Source: Flaccisagitta enflata (lineage: Eukaryota). Taken from it: DNA of 64,000 bases. The notes beneath the pieces are model-generated. The model searched no databases. It worked only from the letters and a program-made list of their open reading frames with translations, and was not told the DNA's origin. Made by a program: the position numbers and the translations under genes. Shown here one piece after another: positions 1-12,432 of this stretch; the stretch's first letter is position 1, and every line of letters starts with the position of its first letter. Location: NCBI GenBank assembly GCA_965153355.1, contig OZ231126.1:1674001-1738000 (forward strand), read 5' to 3'.

Positions 1-2076
1 GGTTATTTTACCAGATGAATTTGGTGGTCAATTTTGACATTTTTTACAATTTTTGATATATCTCCGCTTTGGATAGACAAAGTTAGATGAAATTGGTGAC
101 CAAATTTGAATCTGGTGACCAAATTTGAATCTGGTAAAATTTTTGATCAATATGACCCTCAAAATTTTTGGGAGACTCTAGAAGCAGGTGCTAAAAAGTG
201 AATTTTTTTGCCATGTTGGCTACTTTGGTCAATATATTCAGGCACTTCCGAGATACTATCTAGAACATATGTATATCGACAGGCATTTTAAGCAATAACT
301 CTGTTAAGAATAGAAAATTTATAAAAAAATCAGTGAGATTCTGAAACTATTTCGAATTTCTGACCAAATGCCGCAAACCGCATCCTTTTAGCTCAAGGCG
401 TTTAGAATTGACAGGCAAAACAAGATTGATACCTCAATTAGAAAATGGCCAAAAAAATGCATCTAGTTTCTTTACAAGTTACTAAGTCTCCTTTCAGATA
501 GATTGGAGGCTTTTTCCACCCTATTTTTGGTTCTAATTACAGCGCCCAACACCTTTGTTACATTATCTTGGTTGATTTCAACCTCTCTGAATCATTGGGA
601 TTGCAACTGAAGCAAAAAAGAGAACATGGCATACACTAAGGAATTTTTTTAAATAAAATTTTATGAGCGATAGTTATCATGCATTTATATAAAGCATTTG
701 TGTTAAAGTGCTTAGAAAATCCACAAACAAATATGTGTTGAAACCCAAAGACGTATTATTGGGGTGTTTCATAGAGGGCTCATGGTCGAATTTGGGGCTG
801 GCTGTGAAATCACAGTTGGGGTGTAGTTAGATGAAGTCCCTAAGCTCTTTTGTTGGCTTCCCGGAGGCTCCCACGAGTTACTCGGCCTCTGTACAGGTGG
901 CATAAAAGGCCAAAAATGGCCAAAAATGACAAAAAAGCTTCAAAATTCAAATTTTTTGGGTAATTTGATAAGAAAAACCAAAACTTCTTCCTAGTTTACT
1001 CAGTTATAACCTATGGAATTGGGCTATGCTGAAAAACGACCAGCGAAAGCCATGGGGGGCCTCTAAGGACCCCAAAATGACCAAAAAAAGGGCCAAAACT
1101 GACTCATTTTAGGGAAAATCAAAAAATAATGAAAAATAATGAATTTTTTTTTATCAAATTATCGATTTATGCAAAGATATAGTCTCAGTGAAGTACAGGA
1201 GACTAGAAACAGCAAAAAATTCCGACCCTCATTGTTGTATCAGGCCAAAAACAGGTCAAATATAGCCAAAGTTGGCTTAAAATGACAAAAAAGCTTCAAA
1301 ATTCAAATTTTTGGGTTAATTTGATTAGAAAAACCAAAACTTCTCTCTAGTTCACTCATTTACAACTCAAAGATGTGGCCGATGCTTAATAACGGCCAGT
1401 GGATGCCATAGTGGGGCCTCTAAGGACCCCAAAATGACCAAAAAAGGGCCAAAATGACTCATTTTAGGCCAAGTTAAAATATTAAGAAAAATTATGAAAT
1501 TTTTTATCAAAACATCAATTTATGCAAAGATATAGTCTCAGTGAAGTACTAGAGACTAGAATCAGCATAAAAATTTGACCCTTATAGCCGTATTAGGCCA
1601 AAAACAGGTCAAAAACAGCCGTAATTGGCTCAAAAAGATCAAAATGCAGTTTAAAGAGGATTTTTTCATTAATTTCATCAAATTCATCATACTCATGCTT
1701 CAGTTTTGAATGAGCATAAGTTAAAGTGGGAATTCATGGCCAGATTGGGACACTCCAGGCCATTTTAGGCTCTGAAGGCCCTAAAAAAGGTCATAAACAG
1801 GCCCAAATGGGCTCTTCTGCTTCAAAATTCAAATTTCTGCTTTTGTTTCATCAAAGAGATGAACATTTCTATCAAAATCACTTGGTTTGATATTTAAAAT
1901 GAAAGCTAGGCTCAAATATGAGCAGTGGATACCATCAGGGGCCTCTAAAGACCCCAAAAATGGCCAAGAAAAGCCCTGATATGACTAATTTAAGACTTTA
2001 TGAACAAATAGAACTACCCAGTCTAATTCTATTTCCTATGGTTACAGTGTCAGGCTAAAATCAACCTACCCTTACG

Positions 2077-2590
2077 TTTGGGCAGCGGCCCCGGAGGGGA
2101 CAAAGTCCTGTAGAACACAGGGGATTTTCAGTCGTCATTCCGTCCGTTTGTCCCCCCCAGGCCCTCTCAGGCCTGAAATCTGCCCTCTCAGGCCTGAAAT
2201 TTACCCTCTCAAGCCTTGAATCTGCCCTCTCAGGCCTTGAATCTGCCCTCTCAGGCCTGAAATCTGCCCCCTAAGACTTGAAGTCTGTCCTCTCAGGCCT
2301 GAAATCTTCCCTCACAGATTCAAGGTCTGAAAGGGCAGATTTCAGGCCTGAGAGGGTAAATTTCAGGCCTGAGAGGGCAGATTTTGGGCCAGAGAGGGCT
2401 TAGGGGTAACGGACGGATGAACGGATGGACGGACGGACGGACAGACGGACGGACGAATGAAAGTCCCACTGTTCTACAGGACTTTGTCCCCTTCGGGACC
2501 GCTGCCCTGCTTCCTCTCACTCCATTTCACAGTCACGCAAAGCAGGGCAACGGGTATCGCTGACTACATATTGCCCTTGGGCGACCTGTT
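2077..2590 (+). mobile_element. Helentron-associated (DINE-1/HINE-like) element with internal 21-22-bp tandem repeats
   Basis: Subterminal inverted repeats GGGCAGCGGCCCC...GGACAAAGTCCTGTAGAACA / TGTTCTACAGGACTTTGTCC...CCGCTGCCC, (GGAC)n tract, repeats of ctctcaggcctgaaatctgcc, ending CTGTT. Confidence 0.65.
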
Positions 2591-3257
2591 TGATTATAGT
2601 ATCAAGCAAAGAGATAGAGAGAGATACTTATCCAGCTAGAGAGGCATCATTGTTACTAGAATGACTTACATATTTGTTTTTCCATTTTGACCATGGATAC
2701 AGCCAGTGAAGAAAATGTGACAGATCTTTAAATTTTTTTTCCCAGGACAAAGGTCCCTGCAACGCAGAATATCGCGAGAAGTTTTTTTCAACAATTTTCC
2801 GAGCACAAAAATTGAAATGAAAACATTACTTAAAGATTGACCACTTTATATTGTTTAAGTATTACCTGTTTAATGAATGATATCTAAAGAATTTAGTTTC
2901 CAGTATTTGCAAATAGTGATTAGTGTTTCGTATTGGTATATTTCAATATTGCATTAAGTATTAGCATTTTGGCCAAACTTTGATTTACCATTGTATTGCA
3001 ACAATTTTGAAAATATCTTTTGTTGAAAACTGTTTACCTCCTGAATGAAGAATATCCAGGAAGCGTTTCCATCTACTTATTCATTGCGCCTGAGAACTGA
3101 TAAAGAGACAAATTTGGTTACGTTTTCTTCAAGCCCTCAGTCAGGTTTTGTTATCACAAGGTCTACCCAAGTTGCGTGCATATGAGCACGGACAGTGATA
3201 AAGGCCGACCATGCATTTTGAAAGGAACCGGATTGCAAAAACCGCCAGTTAACTCTG

Positions 3258-3485
3258 AACAAGGCCGGATACACGGCCAAACCAGTCGCGGATGGGTGGG
3301 CAGAGGCGAGAATGCGCTTATTTTTAACTCGCGCGTGACAATTCAAGCATGACAGACCGATGGACTGATGGACCAACAGACCAATGGACCAATAGACCAA
3401 CACACTGATGGACCAATGGACCAATGGGCCGACAGACCGACATGAGGACAAAGCCTCTTATAGAGTCGCTTGTCCGCGACTAAAA
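3258..3485 (-). mobile_element. HINE/DINE-1-like element, main family, nested in the foldback
   Basis: AACAAGGCCGGATACACGGC end, AGTCGCG subTIRs, GACC/GGAC repeats, terminal hairpin AGTCGCTTGTCCGCGACT. Confidence 0.75.
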
Positions 3486-6400
3486 AGTATAAGTGAAATT
3501 CGATGGACTGACAGATCAATAGACCAACAGACCAATGTAGAGTTGCATGCATGCATGCAACTTTGAAAAGAAATGATTTCCTGTTTGTCTAGGGATGGGT
3601 GTGTCAAAGACAGTCATTTTTGGGCCGTTTTGGGCCATTTTTGGGGTCTTTAGAGGCCCCCAATGGCATCCACTGCTCATATTTGAGCCTAGCTTTCATT
3701 TTAAAAATATAAACCGAGTGATTTTGAAAGAAATATTCATCTCTTTGACGAAAAAAAAATCAAAAATTTGAATTTTGAAGCAGAAGAGCCCGTTTGGGCC
3801 TGTTTATGACCTGTTTTTAGGGCCTTCAGAGCCTAAAATGGCCTTGAGTGTCCCAATCTGGCCATGAATTCCCACGTTAACTTACCCTCATTCAAAACTG
3901 AAGCCTGAGTATGATGAATTTGATGAAATTAATGAAAAATTCACTCTGAACTACATTTTGAGCCAATTATGGCTGTTTTTGACCTGTTTTTGGTCTGATA
4001 CGGCAATGAGGGTCAAATTTTTATGCTGATTGTAATCTCTAGTACTTCACTGAGACTATACCTTTGCATAAATTGATGTTTTGATGAAATATTTCATTAT
4101 TTTTCTTAATTTTTTAACTTGGCCTAAAATGAGTCATTTTGGCCCTTTTTTGGTCATTTTGGGGTCCTTAGAGGCCCCACTATGGCATCCACTGGCCGTT
4201 ATCAAGCATCGGTCACATCTTTGAGTTGTAAATGAGTGAACTAGAGAGAAGTTTTGGTTTTTCTAATCAAATTACCCAAAAAATTTGAATTTTGAAGCTT
4301 TTTTGTCATTTTTGGCCATTTTTGGCTATATTTGACCTGTTTTTGGCCTGATACAATTGAGGTCAGAATTTTTGCTGTTTTCTAGTCTTGTACTTCACTG
4401 AGACTATATCTTTGCATAAATCTATAATTTGATAAAAAATTTCATTATTTTTCATTATTTTTTTTATATTCCCTAAATAGATCATTTTGGCCCTTTTACC
4501 CCTGGTCATTTTGGGGTCCTTAAAGCCCCCCTAGGGCTTTCGCTGGTTTTTCTTCAGCATAGCATAATTCCATAAGTTTTTGACTGAGTAAACTACAAAG
4601 ACAATTTGGTTTTACTAATCAAATTACCAAAAAAATTTGAATTTTGTAGCTTTTTTATCATTTTTGGCCATTTTGGCCTTTTGTGCTACCTGTACAGAGG
4701 CCGAGTAACTCATGGGAGCCTCCGGGAAGCCAACGAAAGAGCTCGGGGACTTCATCTAACTATACCCCAACTGTGATTTCACAGCCAGCCCCAAATTCGA
4801 CCATGAGCCCTCTATGAAACACCCCAACGTATTATTAAGTATCTGACATGTTTTGGCGGTTTTTCTATGATTCCTATACTGCTAAATAAACCAATCCCCC
4901 ATACTGTCGATATACTTATGTTCTAGATAGTAGAAAAAGACAAAAAATCCATGAGCAAATTAAACTACAGTGCAAATATAACCAATGATGCAATCACCAT
5001 ATCAATATGTTAAATCATATTGATTTGGCAGAGCTTCAAAGATCAGAAGGTATGACAAATTAACATTTTTTAAGATTTAGGTCATTTTGGGCTCAAAATC
5101 GGGCAACCTGGCTTTAGAAACTTGACCCAAATTCTATAAGATTATGAAACTAGAGCTCATGAGCTAACCAATGGTACAATCCCCATACTGCTATCACTTT
5201 TTGTTAAAAGCATTTCAAAGATGGAAGGGTATGATGGTTTTTGTTAAAAGCATTTCAAAGATGGAAGGGTATAATGGTTTTTTTACCGGATATATTTGGT
5301 AGTCAATTTTGACATTTTTTACAATTTCCGCTTTAGATGGACCAATATGAATAAAATTGGTGACACAATTGAAGATTTTTTAATTATCTTATTGATTCTT
5401 TTTATTAATATGACCCTCAAAATTTTGGAGGGGACTCATAAAGCAGGTGAAAATAAGTCAACTTTGGTAACAAATTTTGGGTATCCAACCCCCATCCACA
5501 CACCTTCCCCCACCTCCACAAAAAATAAAACATCGGAAACGGGTTTTTTGCCACTTTTTTTACTTGTGCTATCAGACTGATGGATGGATCTATAGAGGGA
5601 CCAGTGGTTGGCCCGACGGATGCATGTACAAAGTCCCAGAAATAGTGAAAAATGTCAAAATTGACTACCAAATTTGTCCAGTAAAAAAACCATCATACCC
5701 TTCCATCTTTGAAATGCTTTTAAATTCTAACAAAAAATGATAGCAGCAAGCGGATTGTACCATTGGTTAGCTCTAGAGCTTTAGTCTTATAATCTCATAG
5801 AATTTGGGTCAAGTTCCTAAAGCCAAGTGGCCCGATTTTGAGCCCAAGATGACCAAAATACCAAAAAATGTAAATTAATCATACCTACTGATCTTCATGC
5901 TCTGCCAAATCTATATGCTTTAATATATTGACATACTGATTGCACCATAGGTTAGATCTTGAACTGTAGTTTAATTTGCTCATGGATTTTTTGTCTTTTT
6001 CTATCTTGGAAGTGCCCAAATTTTTTGACCAAAGTAGCCAAAATGGCAAAAAAATTCACTTTTCAGCAACTGCTTCTAGAGTCTCTCAAAAATTTTGAGG
6101 GTTATATCGATCAAAAATTTTACCAGATTCAGTTAGAGCATCAAAAAATCTTCAATTTGGTCACCAATTTCATCTTAATTTGTATATTCAAAGTGGAGAT
6201 ATATCAAAAACTGTAAAAAATGTCAAAATAGGCCACCAAATTCACTGATAAAATAACTCTCACACCCTTCCATCTTTGAAGAGCTCTCAAATCTTAACAA
6301 AAAATGATAGCAATATGCGGATTGCACCACTGGCTAGCTCTTGAGCTCTAGTTTCATAATCTCATGGATTTCAGGTCAAATATCAAAAGCGAAGTGGCCC

Positions 6401-6869
6401 CATTTTGAGCCCAAAGTGACAAAATTTCAAAATTTTCACCACAAAGCACAACCACCTTGGAGATGTGATGAATAAAGGGATTTCGGCGAAGGGTTTTACC
6501 AAGCTAAGATGATGAAATTTGTATTTTAGGCTCAGTACATCATGTATCAAAATAAAAAAGGCTGACGAGTAGTGATATCCAAGAATTACAGTGCTTAAAG
6601 AAACGTAGGGAGTGGTTTTCGGATGTTAAGTTGGCAAGGAATTGGAGAGCTTTTTCAGATGGTTTGGAATGCGATTTTGGTCGAGGGAGAGAAAAAGATA
6701 GAAAGTAGAGAGCGAAAGAAAGGTCAGATTGGATAAAATTGGAATGGTATCATGGAAGGGGATCATGAGAATGAAGTTTATTGTAAAGGGAAAACAAGGG
6801 AGGGGGCATGTACATGGTGTTTCATGCCAAAATAGATATAAGAAAACGATGCCATTCTGCTTCTAAAAA

Positions 6870-6879
6870 NNNNNNNNNN
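6870..6879. other. Assembly gap (10 N)
   Basis: Run of n. Confidence 1.
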
Positions 6880-8369
6880 CAGGTGATGTGGTCGTTCCAT
6901 GATGCTTACTAATTTTTCTTTTATTCAACAGATTCGTTTTTTATTATATAGTTAGTAATTTATTTAATTTTGTCTTTTTTTGTTTGGTTCTTTTTGGAAC
7001 ATGTATATTTTTTGCTTATCTGAGCTTTTGAGATATTATTTTAGTCATTATTACTTTAATACTTTCGTGATGACATGTTTTAGTGAATGATGTCTCACTT
7101 ATCTTTTTTCCACTCTCAAGTCAAATCCCAGGCTTGAGTGCTTTGTAGGTCTGCTCCCTTCTTCTTTCTTAATCTCAGAACGGCGCCCTCAACTCGCTGC
7201 CGCCGCTCGCTCCATCCATGTCATGCCTGATCGTTGCAAAATTTGTTGGTGGTATGATCCTTTTCCGACGGGAATCACTATTCGTGCAGTCATCGATCTG
7301 TTGATAGTTAGGGGTGACAAGAGTATAGTGGACGGGGATGCGGCTGTGTCTATAAAATTTTTTTAAGGAATATGTAGTATCGGTTTTTTTAGTAGGTTTC
7401 CATCAGAAATTAGATCGGATTTTGAAATCTTAGTACCCAAAATGGGGCATAGAATGTTAGAAAATGTATGTCTGTCCGCCTCTTCTTAGTGTGTGTGCCT
7501 TCTGTCTCTTTTGCGTGCTTCATACTATTCAGATGTCTTCATGTTCTTTGTTTCTTTTATTTTGTATTGTTTTAGATAAACTATAAGTGGTTGCTGCTTT
7601 GATTTTGTGCTATTTGTTTCATTTACGAGGCAACTACGTAACTCGTCTTTCGTATCATCCAATTTCTGGATTGATTGATTTTATTTAATTATGGCATCGC
7701 TTCTAAAAGTGATTGATTGATTTTTATGATCGTTTGAATGCGCCCTTGGAATTCACTAATTTCACTAATCTCTCATCTTTTTGTTTCAGAAAAACTAATG
7801 AACGGACAATTAACACTAATTTGACTCCGACAGACTCAGGGTTGAAACCACCCAAAGTGGGCCTAAAAGAAAGTTTTATAGACGTGTTTCTGCTTTTATT
7901 AACGTTGTTTTATCTTGTTTTCCGCGGTCTGTTATTTTTGTCTTTTGCCTTTTTGCATTTTTATCGCCGGATTTTAGTATGGTTTTTATCGCTTGCTCGG
8001 TCAGCTAGCTATAGTGATGATATGGATGAATTTAATGGGATGTAATGTTATAAGGGCAGGTATTATCAGGCGTGATGGGCTCTGAAGAAGATGAACATGT
8101 TGTCATGTGCTGTTTCTGTCCTTTATTGTGTCCTATCTCAATTTCCCATACATCTTATAGCTTGGCTGACTGGCAATTAACGCCTACTTCTTCCTTTCAT
8201 TTTTCCCTCTCTCTTCAGTTGTTGAAATTTTTATGGAATAAACGAGACGATCGCCTTCCTATTTTCCAATCGGCCAACTTTCTTTCACCACAAGTCGTCA
8301 GTCAGATAGACGCTCATAGACAGTGCCAGTTGAAACTCGTGGGCGTAACTTATAACAATCGATGGCACA

Positions 8370-8712
8370 TTAAGTTCATGGATAAGCGCAATTGAAAGCA
8401 CAGAAACTCCAGAGATAAACACAATCTATAGCACATTCTACAGACTACATTCCACAGACGAGCGCAATGGAGAGTACATAAAGTCCAAACATAAGCTCAA
8501 GTGAGACCAGATTAAGTCCACATACAAGCACAATTGAAAGCATATTGAGTCCACAGACTTGCGCAATGGAAAGCTCATTTAAAAGTCCACAGATAAGCGC
8601 AATTGAAAAAACATTATGTCCATAGACAAACGCAATCAAAGTTCACAGACAAGCGCAATTGAAAGCATATAAAGTCCACAGACAAGCACAAATGTCTGCA
8701 CATTAAGTCCAC
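8370..8712. repeat. Degenerate ~33-bp minisatellite
   Basis: Variants of aagtccacagacaagcgcaattgaaagcacatt. Confidence 0.8.
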
Positions 8713-8794
8713 AAATGTTGGACCTCAAGTAGAAAATCAAACGTCAACATCAAAGGGAAAATAAGGTCGGAGTAAAAACGTGAGTTGAGGAAGA

Positions 8795-9055
8795 CGCAAA
8801 CTCGCAAACCGGCGAACTCACACACTCGCTCAATTGCAAACTGGCACACTCGCTCACTCGCAAACTCGTACACTTGCACACTTGCTCACTCACTCACTCA
8901 CAAACTGGCACACTCGCTTACTTGCTTACTTGCTCACTCGCAAACTGGCACTCACTCACTCGCAAACTGGCACACTCACTCACCCGCAAACTTGCACACT
9001 CGCTCACTCGCACACTCACTCGCACGTTCGCTCACTCGCACACTTGCACACTCAT
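8795..9055. repeat. CACT/CGCAAACTGGCACACT minisatellite
   Basis: Repeated ctcgcaaactggcacactcactca variants. Confidence 0.8.
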
Positions 9056-10139
9056 CGTAGCATTTCCTTAGTATTCGTTATTATTCGTTTAATACGCCAA
9101 CAAAGAGCAGAAAATAGGCCAAAAAGGCCAATAAGGCCAAAGTGGAGCATATGAATGTCTCAGTTGATATCCTCAAGTTTGTATTCATTATGAACGCATT
9201 TGATATGACATTTGAAATTCTCCACACGCGCGGCTTCAGAATTCTCTCTCCCCTGTCTTTATGCCTTTCGAATACAACTACTTGCTCTCTCTCTCTGTCT
9301 CTCTCTCTCTGTCTCTCTCTCTGTCTCTCTGTCTCTCTCTGTCTCTCTGTCTCTCTCAGTCCCTCTTCCCTTCATTTTCCCCTTCATCTCCTTTCCATTT
9401 CTATTCGTATTTTATCTCTTCTTTGTGGTCCCCATTTTAGGTGCCTTTCTTTTTTTTTTAAGGTTAAGCACTTTATTTTTGCATTACCTTCCTTCGAATA
9501 TCTTAAAAAGGCTTCCAAATCCGACCTCCGGATTCCGCCATCATACCGTAATGTCTCACGTAGCTCCTTTACAAATTCATGGCACAAGGGCAGGTGCAGG
9601 GGCGAAGACGGCATGCCAAGTGCAATCAAGCCGAGCATGTCATGACGGACCGACAGACCTACAAACTGATGGACAGACTATACAGCAATGGACGCCGGCT
9701 GTTGGGAGTTACACCCATCTTCTTCATTGTTTCCCCTTTCTCAACACCCCTTAGTAACAGAGACCCGCCATCTTCCGCGTTGCTTGGAAATCTTTCTGAC
9801 TCATCCTCAATCTGCTTCACCTTTTCCTCCTTTTCTTCCTCTTCCATTAACTGCTCTTTCTCCTCCTCCTGCTCCTCCTCCTCCTACTTCTCCTACTCCT
9901 CCCTCTTCTTCTCTTTCTGCCTCCGTAGTAACCAAGACGCTTCTTTTTCCCACCCTTCCAGCTTTCCAGTCTATTTTCTCTTCCCTCTGCCATCTTTCCT
10001 TCCCTCTTCTTCCTTGTCTCGTTATTTTCCCCAATTTCCCTTCTTTCTTCGTCCTTAACAACGGATATTCCCACTTGACAACGCCGTAGACGCCATTTTG
10101 CCGGCCGATTTGGTTAACCGACGCCGAAGACAGCGACCG

Positions 10140-10350
10140 GCCGACACCATATTTGGTCATAACAATACCGGCCAAGATGCCGGCCGGTTTCTGGCCGACG
10201 CCGACACCATATTTGGTCATAACAATACCGGCCAAGATGCCGGCCGGTTTCTGGCCGAATTTGACGCCATATTTGGTCATAACAATACCGGCCAAGATGC
10301 CGGCCAGTTTCCGGCCGACGTTGACGCCATATTTGGTCATAACAATGCCG
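10140..10350. repeat. GC-rich 60-bp minisatellite (about 3.5 units)
   Basis: gacaccatatttggtcataacaataccggccaagatgccggcc repeated at an exact 60-bp period. Confidence 0.9.
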
Positions 10351-11216
10351 GCCGGTCACCGCATTTCCTTGCTGACACCGACACCAACACCGACGCCGTA
10401 TCGTAATAAACAGGAATAATCTGGAGATGCGTCACAACTTTCTAAATCTACGCTAAAGCGAGATAAGGGAAAGAGAACAGTCTCAGAGGCGAAAGACGGT
10501 CTGCAATTCCCTCAGCGATTCGGGAAGTGAATTATTCGCGTTGTTTGTGTTTATGAGGTGAACACGTACACATGAATCCCAAAAGGAAGTAGCGTAGTGA
10601 GTGAGCGAGCCTGTGATCGGAGCGGGGGAGGGCAGTCTACCTAGTGAGTGAGCGGTGCAAGCGAACAAATGAGGCGAGCGACCGAGTGACCATTTTAAAT
10701 CGCGATTGTCTGCGTGTAGAATCAGCCCCATAGTGAGTTTTTGTTGAGGTGTGATGATGGTAGAGGCAGTGGCACCAATACAATCACCTACGCACAATTG
10801 CACTTATGGCAAGAAAGAGAAGAAAAAGAACAATTTCCCATACTAGTAGAAAGCCATACTGGAATGTCATCTGCCCTTTCGAGGTCTCTGCCAAGAAATT
10901 GGTAAAGGTCCGTACCTTGATGCTTATGAAATAAAATACGTACTTTGTCATTATGTGTCTTCCATGACAAAGTTCATTTCTAATGTCATTTTGCCACACT
11001 TGCAATGACCTTGCATGAAGATGCTCATGAAGTTTGAGTTAAATGGTAAAGACATCCATGATGTTGCCAAGAAGCGAGCCTCACAGTTGTAAAAACTATT
11101 TTACGATGACTGGTTATCAAATGTTTGTCTTGAATGTTTACCCTTCTGTGAGGGGATAATGCAGACAGACGGCGATTAGCTTCTACGATATGGACCATCT
11201 TTTGCAAATAGTGTGT

Positions 11217-11296
<80 letters not shown>

Positions 11297-11640
11297 GCAG
11301 ACAAAGATGGTTTTCACAATATAGACCACCATCGTCTTACGAGATGTCAATGGAGCAGATCATCTACACAAAAGAGCAGAAAATTTGTTCACACGCCTTG
11401 ATGCCACGTAATCGCTTTTTCCTCGCGCCCCTTCCTCATCTTCCTCCTCTACCTCCTCTTCCTCCTCTTTCCCCCCTCTTCTTCTTCCTCTTCCTCTTCC
11501 TCATCATCTTCTTATTCCTTCTCGTCTTCTCCTTTGACTTTTCTTCCTCAATTTTTCTTCCTTCTTCCTCTTTCAGCCTCTCATCATCACCATGGCTATC
11601 TTCTTTTTCACTCACTCTTTCATCCTCATCATCATCACCA

Positions 11641-11709
<69 letters not shown>

Positions 11710-11953
11710 TCGTCGTCGTCGTCTCCCAAGCACCATAGACTGGCTCCACAGCGTGATGACACCATGAATAGAGTGGAGACATGGAATGATGAGTTTAGGC
11801 GGCGGGTGGCCGCTTTCAGGCCGTACTCAGGCCGCATTCAGGCCGCATCCGCCCTCCCCACAACCACCCCCTTACTCCCCATCGGTTATTGGAGAGGCGA
11901 AAGATGGTTCATTGAAATTGCACACAGCATGAGCGTGTGAGAGAGAGAGAGAG

Positions 11954-12068
<115 letters not shown>

Positions 12069-12311
12069 TGGACAGACAGACAGACAGAGAAACAGATTGA
12101 ATGACCAAGTCAAAGAAAAGAAGGAAAGGGGTCAAACGCAAACTGATGCGACACACAGATAAACGGTGTACTAGCAGATATGTAGCACTGGTAAGTGGGT
12201 GTGGGATGGACAGAGCAGTAATTGAGCTCATCCAATTTAGTCAATAAACCCTAACTCATGACTAATAGCACAATCTGAGGCCATCTAAAGAGGAAACCAT
12301 CAACTAACCGC

Positions 12312-12432
12312 AAAAGTCCTTAGCCAATAGAATAAGCAAAAGTCATTGTCAATATCGTAAGCAAAATTCCTTAGCCAATAGCATAAGCAAAATTCCTTAG
12401 CCAATAGCATAAGCAAAAGTCATAAGCCGTTA
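12312..12432. repeat. 26-bp tandem repeat
   Basis: aaaattccttagccaatagcataagc, about 4-5 copies. Confidence 0.75.

Larger units (their letters stand above)
760..4826. mobile_element. Foldback/Mutator-like element with about 1.2-kb modular TIRs and a 9-bp TSD
   Basis: 760-~1990 is the reverse complement of ~3610-4826. ACGTATTAT is duplicated at 751-759 and 4827-4835. Each arm has internal ~360-bp subrepeats. No transposase ORF. Confidence 0.88.
1..6430. mobile_element. Older modular inverted-repeat element hosting the foldback insertion (left end outside window)
   Basis: 1-250 is inverted relative to ~6010-6260 and direct relative to ~5280-5480; ~4930-5330 is inverted relative to ~5645-6000. 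Confidence 0.6.

Noticed and set aside
10140-10350. CRISPR-like regularly spaced repeats
   Set aside because: The 60-bp units are near-identical along their whole length, with no unique spacers and no cas genes; this is a eukaryotic minisatellite.
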